Assembly (NCBI GenBank): GCA_963798465.1
Contig: CAWCTC010000001.1
Coordinates: 196,315 to 260,314 of the forward strand
DNA from: an uncultured bacterium
Lineage (GTDB): Bacteria; Patescibacteriota; Minisyncoccia; Phycocordibacterales; GWA1-40-21
DNA length: 64,000 nucleotides
Reading direction: 5' to 3'
Positions 56,085-64,000 of the stretch are shown here, in pieces. Every line of letters begins with the position of its first letter. The first letter of the stretch is position 1. Made by a program: the position numbers and the translations under genes. Below the pieces are notes generated by a model that searched no databases, was not told the DNA's origin, and saw only the letters and a program-made list of their open reading frames with translations.

Positions 56085-57249
56085 ATGTCTGAAAAAATAC
56101 CAAAATCACCGGAAGAAAAAAAAAGACGAAGATCTTTTGAATGACGAAGATCTTCTGTCGATATTAAATGTATCAAAGGATGCATCTCTTTTACCTGTCC
56201 AAGATATTAAATTCAACAGGGATATGAAAGCTGCGGAAAGCGAGGCAATCTGGAATGCATTTTCGAAAGAACCTCAAAAATCTGAAGAGAGCGTAAAATA
56301 TCTTGAAGAAAAAAAAGATAAGCTCAATGAAAAGCTAGAAGGCGAGACTGATGAAGGAAAAAAGAAAAAAGTTGAAATGATGCTGGCTGAAATCGATGAA
56401 ATTATCAATAAATTGTCAGAAAATATCCCTGTTAAAAAATCTGAAGTTTCACCGGAAAAAAATAATGAGCCTGTTGCCACAAAAAAATCTGTCGCATCGG
56501 ATTTTTTGTCCACCAATGAAGCAAAAGACGTTCTGAATAATTTTCCGAAAAAATTGCCAGATATTAAAAATCCTAGCAATCTCAACAGTTTTGAATTACC
56601 TGATATTCCAGTTAAAGAATTTGTAGATACAAATAAGGAAAATGTTCCCGCACGTTCTGACAAACAAAAAACAGAAGATATAATAAACAAGGCAAATGAA
56701 GAAAGAGAAAAACAAAAAAAGTTCGATATGGAGCTTAGAGAAAAAATTTCCAAACTTAAACCAATAGAAATAAAAACCGGCAACTTGGTTCCGGAAAAAG
56801 ATTTATTTGGGAAAAAAAAAGAAATAACTCATGATCAAATGGAAGAGGCCTATTTTAAAGAAGCTAAAAATCTTAAAATTTCGCTGAAAGATTCCATCAG
56901 AAGTTATTTGATTGGCGGAGCCTGCATTTTAGAAAACACAGAAAAAATTATAAATTTGGTTGGTGTGAAACTTGAAAAAATAGGTCTTGTCGGTACAAAA
57001 ATAAAATCCTCGGATATATTTGAAAGAGCTCAATTTCTCGGCCTATCTCCGTGCACAAACGATACAGTTTTAGACCTGTCTCCAAAGATGAAAGATTTAT
57101 TTTCAAACGGAGGAGAATTTTTCATGTTTATTGAGAATCACAAAGTTCTTGCTTTATCTTGCGATAAAAACGGCAAAAATATGTCTTTACGATTGGTAGA
57201 AAGCAAAGATTTTCCTGATGACAGCAGATGGTTTTTCGATAGAAAATAA
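56085..57249 (+). CDS. hypothetical Lys/Glu-rich protein, one frame break in an A9 run as sequenced
   Basis: ATG 56085 (MSEKIPKSPEE..) joins the long ORF frame (..KKKDEDLLNDEDLLSILNVSK..) across A9 at 56116-56124. The listed start 55858 overlaps rplB and is unlikely. Confidence 0.5.
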
Positions 57250-57297
57250 AATATCTCCGCTTTACTTTTTACGATTTTCTGATAATATTTTAAGTAT

Positions 57298-57530
57298 TAA
57301 GGCCAAAGACAATCGGTATCCTGAAAGGGAAGAAATCCGATCGAGGCTTGCCCGAAGACTTGCTTGCAAGTGACGGGTCAACTCTAAATCGTTAGAGGCC
57401 TTATCGGAGATCGATTTGTGAAGCTTTTTTGCTGAACAAAGCGAGTCGTGTTTAGGAATCGGCGGAGCCGATTCCTATTCCGAAAAGCTAACCCCGTTGC
57501 TTTATTAAAATTAATATTTTAATAAAGATT
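57298..57530 (+). promoter_or_regulatory. GC-rich structured leader upstream of rplJ (putative L10-leader-type autoregulatory element)
   Basis: Long-range pairing TAAGGCC (57298-57304) / GGCCTTA (57394-57400), a 10-bp hairpin AGGAATCGGC-GGA-GCCGATTCCT, and its position immediately 5' of rplJ. Confidence 0.35.
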
Positions 57531-57578
57531 AGCTTATAAACTTTATAAGGTCGATTTTTTATTATAAAAAATATTAGA

Positions 57579-58070
57579 ATGCCTATCACAAAAGAAAAAA
57601 AGAAAGAATTAGTTGAAAAAATTTCCGAAGCTTTGAAAAAATCAAAGTCAGTCGTGTTTGCAAACTTTCATCAGTTGAATGTTGCGGACGATATGGCTAT
57701 GAGAAGAGCTTTGAGAAAAGAAGGTGTTGGATACATGGTTGTCAGAAAAACACTCGCAAAGATTGCTTTGGCTGATGCCAAGATAGAAGGAACAATACCT
57801 GAATTCGTCGGTGAACTCGCCATGGTTTATGGCGAAGATCTAACGACTCCAGCAAGAGAATTTTATTCTTTCCAGAAAAAATACAAAGATAATGTAAAAA
57901 TTGTCGGAGGAATTTTTGAAGGAAAATATATGACCGTCGAAGAAATGACTGCAATTGCAGCAATTCCTTCACAGAAAACTCTTTATGCTCAGTTCGTCAA
58001 TCTTATCAATTCGCCGATTCAAAGATTTGCAGTTGTACTTGATGCAATAGCAAAGACAAAGACAGCATAA
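57579..58070 (+). CDS. rplJ: 50S ribosomal protein L10
   Basis: Listed ORF, with VVFANFHQLNVADDMAMRRALRKEGVGYMVVRKTLAKIAL. Confidence 0.9.
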   Translation: MPITKEKKKELVEKISEALKKSKSVVFANFHQLNVADDMAMRRALRKEGVGYMVVRKTLAKIALADAKIEGTIPEFVGELAMVYGEDLTTPAREFYSFQKKYKDNVKIVGGIFEGKYMTVEEMTAIAAIPSQKTLYAQFVNLINSPIQRFAVVLDAIAKTKTA

Positions 58071-58101
58071 ATTATATTATTAATTAATCTTAAAAATCAC
58101 A

Positions 58102-58491
58102 ATGGAAGAAACAAAAGTAGAAATTCCTGCAAAGTTCAAAGCTTTGGTCACGGAAGTAGAAAAAATGTCAGTATTAGATCTTCACGAACTTGTAAAAGCT
58201 CTTGAAGCTCACTTCGGAGTATCAGCGCAAGCTGTGGCGGTTGCAGGTCCAGCAGTAGCAGCTGCCGCAACAGAAGAGAAATCTTCATTTAATGTAGAAC
58301 TTACAGATGGAGGTGCTCAAAAAATTGCGGTTATCAAAGCAGTCAAGGAAGCACTAGGTCTTGGACTTAAAGAAGCAAAAGATTTGGTAGATGCAGCTCC
58401 TTCAGTCTTGAAAACAGATATGAAGAAGGAAGAAGCAGAGGCTTTGAAGAAAGCTGTTGAAGCAGCGGGTGGAAAGGTGACACTTAAATAG
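58102..58491 (+). CDS. rplL: 50S ribosomal protein L7/L12
   Basis: Ala-rich hinge, then [29 protein letters not shown]....[19 protein letters not shown]. Confidence 0.95.
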   Translation: MEETKVEIPAKFKALVTEVEKMSVLDLHELVKALEAHFGVSAQAVAVAGPAVAAAATEEKSSFNVELTDGGAQKIAVIKAVKEALGLGLKEAKDLVDAAPSVLKTDMKKEEAEALKKAVEAAGGKVTLK

Positions 58492-58535
58492 TCAAAAGTC
58501 TGTAAAGTCCATAAAGTCAAAAGTAAATACAAATC

Positions 58536-58569
58536 AAAAAGGGCGGGCGCTTTGCGCCCGCCCTTTTTG
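58536..58569 (+). terminator. intrinsic terminator after rplL
   Basis: AAAAAGGGCGGGCGC-TTTG-CGCCCGCCCTTTTT. Confidence 0.8.
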
Positions 58570-58638
58570 ATTTTAACTTTTAATTATTTGTAATACAAAA
58601 CTTGACTTTTGTATTACAGTAGATTAATATGTAAACAT

Positions 58639-58854
58639 ATGAGAAATATAGTAAATATATCAATGCCAGCTAGTTTAAAGAAAGAAGTTGACGCTTATGT
58701 AAAAGAGGGTCAGTATTCTTCTGTCAGTGAGTTTTTTCGTGATATGCTCAGAACTTGGAAAAGAAACAATCTTCTAGCCGAATTAAGAGCTTCACAGAAG
58801 GAAATAAGAGAAGGAAAGGGTAAAAAATTAATTTCTTTTAAGGATTTGAGATAA
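58639..58854 (+). CDS. ribbon-helix-helix antitoxin (ParD/CopG-like)
   Basis: MRNIVNISMPASLKKEVDAYVKEGQYSSVSEFFRDMLR. It is followed 4 nt later by a RelE/YafQ-like gene. Confidence 0.65.
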   Translation: MRNIVNISMPASLKKEVDAYVKEGQYSSVSEFFRDMLRTWKRNNLLAELRASQKEIREGKGKKLISFKDLR

Positions 58855-58858
58855 TTTA

Positions 58859-59116
58859 ATGGATATATTTTATACCCCAAAATTTTTGAGAGTCTATAAA
58901 AAACTATTGGATGAAATTAAAGATAAGGTAGAGTCAAAAGAAAAGTTAATCAAAAATGATCTGTTTAATAAAGCTCTTAAAACTCATAAATTGCACGGAG
59001 ATTTTGAAGGTTTTTATGCCTTTTCCATTGATTATAAGATTAGAATAATTTTTGAACTTAGCGAAAATAATACAGCAATTTTTCATGATATAGGCAGTCA
59101 TGATATATATGAGTAA
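58859..59116 (+). CDS. RelE/ParE-superfamily (YafQ-like) toxin
   Basis: KTHKLHGDFEGFYAFSIDYKIRIIFEL....AIFHDIGSHDIY. Confidence 0.65.
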   Translation: MDIFYTPKFLRVYKKLLDEIKDKVESKEKLIKNDLFNKALKTHKLHGDFEGFYAFSIDYKIRIIFELSENNTAIFHDIGSHDIYE

Positions 59117-59130
59117 ATAAGTATCAATAC

Positions 59131-59161
59131 AAAAGGCGGGCCGTAAACGGCCCGCCTTTTT
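59131..59161 (+). terminator. intrinsic terminator (same hairpin as 51267-51288)
   Basis: AAAAGGCGGGCCG-TAAA-CGGCCCGCCTTTTT. Confidence 0.8.
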
Positions 59162-59228
59162 GTGTTTGACAAATTACTGGGGGGGGTAAAATGGGTATTG
59201 GATTTATTAATTTAACTAATATAAAAAT

Positions 59229-59609
59229 ATGGAAAAAATGAATTTTGAACAACCAACTGATAAAGAAGGAATGAACTACAACATTGTAAGAATAACAGGC
59301 ACGGATATTGTACGCGCAAGAAAGGCAGTTGAAAGACTACAAAAATTAGGGTTTGAGACCAGCCTTTATTTTCACTCTCTTGATTTAAGAGGAAGTGAAC
59401 AGGATGCTACAGGACATCCTGGTCTTTTTAATCTTGAGGTAACGATACCTGAGGGAACAGATAGTAAAAAAGAAAAAGCTGCAGAGCGTGCAGTTCTAAA
59501 AGTAAATAACGATTATGATTTGCGAGCGAAGGAAGCAGGTCAAATTACTGCCTACAAGTACAATGACAAGGGAAAAGAAATACCATTTTCAATAGATTCA
59601 GAAAATTAA
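59229..59609 (+). CDS. hypothetical protein
   Basis: Listed 126-aa ORF bounded by terminators. Confidence 0.45.
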   Translation: MEKMNFEQPTDKEGMNYNIVRITGTDIVRARKAVERLQKLGFETSLYFHSLDLRGSEQDATGHPGLFNLEVTIPEGTDSKKEKAAERAVLKVNNDYDLRAKEAGQITAYKYNDKGKEIPFSIDSEN

Positions 59610-59623
59610 TAATAAATAAAATA

Positions 59624-59659
59624 AAAAGGGCGGTTTTGCGAAGCAAAACCGCCCTTTTT
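59624..59659 (+). terminator. intrinsic terminator
   Basis: AAAAAGGGCGGTTTTGC-GAA-GCAAAACCGCCCTTTTT. Confidence 0.8.
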
Positions 59660-59745
59660 ATTTCTGCGGAATCACATCGCACGAGTCATTTTGGTGCGAT
59701 TCATAATTGAGAAAAGAGCTTTTCAGTGCTATAATACGATTAATT

Positions 59746-60366
59746 ATGGATGCATTAAGCACATTATTCGGCAGTGAAGCCCGAGTCAGAATCATGAGAC
59801 TTTTCCTCTTCAATCCTGAGGAGGTTTTTGATTTTGATATGATATCTGAAAAGTCAAAAGTCAGCAGAGACACTGCGAAAAAGGAAATTGCAGTTTTTGA
59901 AAAAGCCAAACTTATCAAAAAAAAGTTTTTTTCTAAAAATCTTCCTAAAAAAGTCGGCAATAAAATCAAAGATGTAAAAGTCAAATCCAGTGGTTTTTAT
60001 CTCAATCAGGATTTTTCATACATTATTGCTCTCAAGCAATTATTGATAAAAACAAAAACACTTGAAGGCGGAGAAATAGTCAGAAGACTTTCAAAAGCCG
60101 GCAGATTGAAAATGGTTATTGTTTCCGGTGTGTTCACCCAAGATAAAGACAGCAGAGTGGATATTTTCATTGTCGGCGACAACATAAGCAAATCATCTTT
60201 GAACAATATAATCCGTTCTTTGGAAGCCGAGCTTGGAAGAGAACTGACTTATGCATGTTTTGAAACTCAGGATTTCCAATACAGACTGGGCATGTATGAC
60301 AAGCTGATTCGCGACGTCATGGATTATCCGCATCAGGTTTTGTTGGATAAAATTTCAGTGGAATAA
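59746..60366 (+). CDS. winged-helix (ArsR-like) DNA-binding protein with C-terminal nucleotidyltransferase-like region
   Basis: LFGSEARVRIMRLFLFNPEEVFDFDMISEKSKVSRDTAKKEIAVFEKAKLI. Internal ATG 59746 is chosen. Confidence 0.45.
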   Translation: MDALSTLFGSEARVRIMRLFLFNPEEVFDFDMISEKSKVSRDTAKKEIAVFEKAKLIKKKFFSKNLPKKVGNKIKDVKVKSSGFYLNQDFSYIIALKQLLIKTKTLEGGEIVRRLSKAGRLKMVIVSGVFTQDKDSRVDIFIVGDNISKSSLNNIIRSLEAELGRELTYACFETQDFQYRLGMYDKLIRDVMDYPHQVLLDKISVE

Positions 60367-60573
60367 CTTTTGTTTATCAACATTACCAGTCGTTCAATGA
60401 CTTTTCAAGTTGATTGATAAAATGATATAATTGCATTGTAAATAATGTCGTTGGGTTCTGAAATGTTCCCGGCTTAATTTGCAGGATATTTGATTATTTT
60501 GTAAATTAAAACGCCTCGATTCGGCGAAATTCAGGCGGATTATTAAAATTTATTAGATTAATTTAAGTTTTAT

Positions 60574-61261
60574 ATGTTAATAGATACATGGGGAAATGTT
60601 TTGTCGACTTCTTTGCAGAATATCTGGTTGGGTATTGCCAATTTTATTCCTACATTTTTAGCCGCCATTGTTTTGATTCTTGTCGGTTGGATAATCGGAG
60701 TAGTATTTTTCAAATTGATTGAAAATTTGGTAAGACTTTCAAAATTGGATGTTGCTTTGAAAGCGGCAGGTTTTGATAAAGTAGTTGAAAGAGCAGGACT
60801 TAAGCTGAACTCAGGATATTTTTTGGGCAAGCTCGTTGAATGGTTTTTCATCATAGTATTTGTAGTCGCGGCTCTTGATATTTTGAAATTGACTCAGGTG
60901 ACGACATTTTTAAGCGATGTAGTTCTCGGATATTTGCCACAAGTTATTGTTGCAGTAATTATAATACTCGTTGCGGCTCTAGTTGCTGAAGCGATGCAGA
61001 AGATAGTTGTTGGCGCAGCAAAGTCAGCAAATATGAAGTCAGCAAATTTTGCCGGCAAAGTCACAAAATGGGCAATTTGGATTTTTGCCATTCTTGTAGC
61101 AATAACACAGCTTGGTATTGCAACTCAATTGATTCAAACTTTGTTCACTGGAGTCGTAATAGCGATTGCTTTAGCCTTGGGACTTTCATTTGGTCTGGGA
61201 GGACAAGAATGCGGCAGCAAAAACTATTGAGAAAATAAAAGGTGATATCTCAGATAAATAA
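60574..61261 (+). CDS. conserved polytopic membrane protein (TM-helix-repeat type), one frame break near the 3' end as sequenced
   Basis: The listed ORF ends ..GLGGQECGSKNY*. Shifting one base near 61207 gives ..GLGGQE-AAAKTIEKIKGDISDK*. Confidence 0.5.
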
Positions 61262-61279
61262 TAAAGATTGATTAACAAT

Positions 61280-61313
61280 AAAAGGCGATTTTGCCCTGCA
61301 AAATCGCCTTTTA
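61280..61313 (+). terminator. intrinsic terminator
   Basis: AAAAGGCGATTTTGC-CC-TGCAAAATCGCCTTTT. Confidence 0.75.
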
Positions 61314-61836
61314 TTATTGCGTTATTTTTTTAACAGTTTGTCTACTTTGTTGGTCACAAAATATTGCCATATAAATAAAGGCATATTCTTGTGATACAAT
61401 TTTTGTAATACATAAATCGACATTATTGACTTGCAGGCTATTTTTGTCGGGAGTATAATTATGGCAGGATTATTCGGAAAGCATTATCCGAACAAATTTT
61501 TTTTAAGGGAGTCTAACTTTTGTTACACCTTGGTGCAACATCGAGGACACCCACCTAGATTTATCTAGGGTAATGTTTATCCAGTAATCCTTATTAAGAG
61601 ACTCACCGATTGGTGGGTTTTTTATTTTTGATGATGAGATTTAAATTTTTATATTTGATATAATTAACCCGTTAAAGTTTTTGCTGACGTGTTGAAAATG
61701 ATAATCAATCGGATAAATCTTTTAGTAAAGAAAAATCTGCAAAATGATTTAGTTATATAACATCAACACATTTTCACCCGTCAAAATTTGATTACAAATT
61801 TTCTTCGGGTAAGTCAGCAAAAATTTTCTCGGGTAA

Positions 61837-62295
61837 ATGCACAAGAAAAAACTTTTATTAATTTCTTTCTTTACGATTCTGCTTATCGCAATTATCCATA
61901 TTGTAGCTCTAAGATTTAGCTTGTATTGGAGATTCAGATGGTTGCATCTTTTTGTACATATGATGGGAGGGTTTTGGATTGCGATTACGATTTTATGGAT
62001 AGCTTTGAAAATTGGGCATATTGAAAAAATTACACATTATAAAAGAAGAGCGTTGATTATAATGGTTGGTTCAGCTCTGATTATTGGAATAGTCTGGGAG
62101 ATATTTGAACTTATTTTTAAGATTGATTTAGTAAATAAGATTGGTTATTGGCCGTATACGATTAATGCTGTGGTTGCCGATCTTATCGGAGGAATAATCG
62201 CATTTTGGTATTTTATGAGCAGTAAAAAGTCAGCAAATGTTTTGCCGAAAAAATCGGAAAATTATTTAATAATGCCGCTAGTAATAAAACAATAA
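61837..62295 (+). CDS. hypothetical four-TM membrane protein
   Basis: Listed ORF. Its stop is 1 nt before the next start. Confidence 0.45.
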   Translation: MHKKKLLLISFFTILLIAIIHIVALRFSLYWRFRWLHLFVHMMGGFWIAITILWIALKIGHIEKITHYKRRALIIMVGSALIIGIVWEIFELIFKIDLVNKIGYWPYTINAVVADLIGGIIAFWYFMSSKKSANVLPKKSENYLIMPLVIKQ

Positions 62296-62296
62296 T

Positions 62297-63700
62297 ATGA
62301 AAACAAAAAGCAAAAATATTTCGGGAAAGACAAAACTCACTTTTTATGGAGGAACGGGTTCTGTCACAGGCGCAAATTTTTTCTTGGAATCGACCGATGG
62401 CGATAAAACAATAAAATTTCTTGTTGATTGCGGACTAATGCAGGGAACTGAAACTGCGGATAGCTTCAACAGAGATCCATTTCCATACAATCCTGAAGAA
62501 ATAGATTTTTTGATTGTTACTCATGCTCACATGGATCACATAGGCAGGATTCCTAAATTGGTAAAAGGTGGTTTCAAAGGGAAAATTTTAAGCACTCCGC
62601 CGACGAAAGATATGGCCGCGATTCTTTTTGAAGATGCGATTGGAATAATGGATTCTGATTCAAGAAAAAATGGAGTTTTGCCTTTGTATGATAAGCAAGA
62701 TGCGGAAAAAGCGCTTAGTATTTGGGAGACGATTCCTTATCATCAGAACTACGGGCTTGGAAACGGCGTTTCAATTTATCTGAAAGATTCCGGACATATT
62801 TTAGGCTCTGCAATGGTTGAAGTGAGTGATGGGGAAATGAAAGCTATTTTTACAGGAGATTTGGGAAATTCTCCATCTTTGCTTTTGAATGACACTGAGA
62901 ATATTACGGATGCAGATTATATTACGATGGAAAGCGTTTATGGAGATAGGAACCATGAGCCGAAAGAAAAAAGAAGAAATGAATTGAAGGATGCAATAAA
63001 AGATACTATTGATAATAAAAGACTTCTGATAATTCCGGTATTTTCCATTGAAAGAACTCAGATGATGCTTTATGAAATGAATGAATTTTTTGAAAGTCAT
63101 GAGCTATCGCAGATTCCGGTTTTTCTTGATTCACCGCTCGCGATAAAGATAACCAGTATTTATGAAAAATATTGCAGTTATATGAACAAAGTTGTCTGTG
63201 ATGCTATAAAAGGAGGAGATGATGTTTTTAATTTTCCAAGATTAAAATCAACAGCACTTATCAGAGATTCAGAAAAAATTGATGCAACTCCAAACCCAAA
63301 AATAATTCTTGCTGGAAGTGGAATGAGCAATGGCGGAAGAGTGGTCCATCATGAACATGATCATGCCGGAGATAAAAATGCGACAATTCTTCTTGTTGGA
63401 TATCAAGCAGTCGGAACTTTGGGCAGACAGCTTCAAGATGGCGCGAAGACTGTAAATATTTATGGACAAAATATAGAAGTAAAAGCGAAGATTATAACTA
63501 TTGAAGGTTTTTCTTCTCACAAAGATTCTGATCATCTTGTTGAGTTTGTTGAAATAGCAAATAATTCACACAAGCTCAAAAAAGTTTTTACAGTCATGGG
63601 CGAGCCGAAAGCTTCTTTATTTCTGGTGCAAAGGCTTCGCGATGAACTTGATGTGAATGCAGAATATCCGGAATATAAAGAATCGGTGGACTTAATTTAA
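62297..63700 (+). CDS. metallo-beta-lactamase / beta-CASP family RNA-processing nuclease
   Basis: HAHMDHIGRIP (HxHxDH), a later SGH and ESVYG.. motifs, C-terminal ..GFSSHKD.. typical of beta-CASP. Confidence 0.75.
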   Translation: MKTKSKNISGKTKLTFYGGTGSVTGANFFLESTDGDKTIKFLVDCGLMQGTETADSFNRDPFPYNPEEIDFLIVTHAHMDHIGRIPKLVKGGFKGKILSTPPTKDMAAILFEDAIGIMDSDSRKNGVLPLYDKQDAEKALSIWETIPYHQNYGLGNGVSIYLKDSGHILGSAMVEVSDGEMKAIFTGDLGNSPSLLLNDTENITDADYITMESVYGDRNHEPKEKRRNELKDAIKDTIDNKRLLIIPVFSIERTQMMLYEMNEFFESHELSQIPVFLDSPLAIKITSIYEKYCSYMNKVVCDAIKGGDDVFNFPRLKSTALIRDSEKIDATPNPKIILAGSGMSNGGRVVHHEHDHAGDKNATILLVGYQAVGTLGRQLQDGAKTVNIYGQNIEVKAKIITIEGFSSHKDSDHLVEFVEIANNSHKLKKVFTVMGEPKASLFLVQRLRDELDVNAEYPEYKESVDLI

Positions 63701-63758
63701 AAGTTATAAAGTAATTAAATATAATATAAAAAGCGGCACAGAAGGTGTTGCTTTTATA

Positions 63759-63989
63759 TTATTTAATAGAAGCTAAAGCAAATATGAGTAGAAGTATGAG
63801 AATAAAGGTATATATTATGTATATTATTATCCATAACGTTTGACCCCAGAATTTTGTATTTCTCCACCATTCCAGTCCGGTTTTGTGGGCGGAATATTGT
63901 CCATATATAGCAACAATAGATAAACCACACCATAAAATAAAAACAGTTGTTGTTGTATAATTTATGCCAGTTGGGAAATGAAAAAACAC
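63759..63989 (-). CDS. small hypothetical membrane protein
   Basis: Listed 76-aa ORF with two to three hydrophobic helices, near the window edge. Confidence 0.35.
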   Translation of the reverse strand: MFFHFPTGINYTTTTVFILWCGLSIVAIYGQYSAHKTGLEWWRNTKFWGQTLWIIIYIIYTFILILLLIFALASIK

Positions 63990-64000
63990 GAAGGAACCTA

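Overview
The window looks like a contig from a small-genome, low-GC bacterium of the Candidate Phyla Radiation/Patescibacteria type. This is an inference from gene content: PilM/N/O plus pseudopilins, giant repeat-rich surface proteins, class I aldolase, a free-standing LAGLIDADG gene, RuvX fused to a tRNA-binding domain, and uniform GC-rich AAAAGGGCGG..CCGCCCTTTT terminators.

Backbone genes:
- pilMNO, rplS, rpmB, two pseudopilins, M16 and M50 peptidases, a CYTH protein and an HD (p)ppGpp-hydrolase-like protein.
- A str/S10-type ribosomal cluster (rpsL-rpsG-fusA ... tuf-rpsJ-rplCDWB), then rplJ-rplL, a RHH/RelE-type TA pair and a beta-CASP RNase.
- Five tRNAs: Arg-TCT, Val-TAC, Leu-GAG, His-GTG, Tyr-GTA.

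Accessory tracts, which look AT-richer on sampled lines (not computed):
1. 6.2-17.4 kb, between tRNA-Arg and tRNA-Val. It holds a large serine recombinase, a superinfection-immunity-like protein, a Shedu-like (DUF4263-type) nuclease with a partner, and a DUF4365-like plus 746-aa two-gene operon.
2. 38.4-45.5 kb, starting at tRNA-Tyr. It holds tyrS, a divergent TrpRS-like paralog, a dehydrogenase / TrpD-like / P-loop kinase operon, a RayT (REP-associated Y1 transposase) unit and a radical-SAM remnant.

Most unusual signal: three of the five tRNA genes (Arg, Val, His) are followed by a module with one fixed architecture.
- After the terminator comes the exact reverse complement of the tRNA acceptor 3' strand.
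- Next is a 25-nt insert (A + 22-nt hairpin + GT), then the reverse complement of the T-loop and T-stem 3' strand.
- A shared GC-rich box follows, and at Arg and His a direct copy of the tRNA 3' half.
- At tRNA-His the whole 188-bp module is tandemly triplicated. A related copy mirrors the 3' end of fusA.

Second notable pattern: many indel-type frame breaks are concentrated in fusA (3' end), tuf, rpsJ and rplC/D/W/B. The two accessory genes inserted between fusA and tuf are intact. Scattered frameshifts also occur elsewhere.
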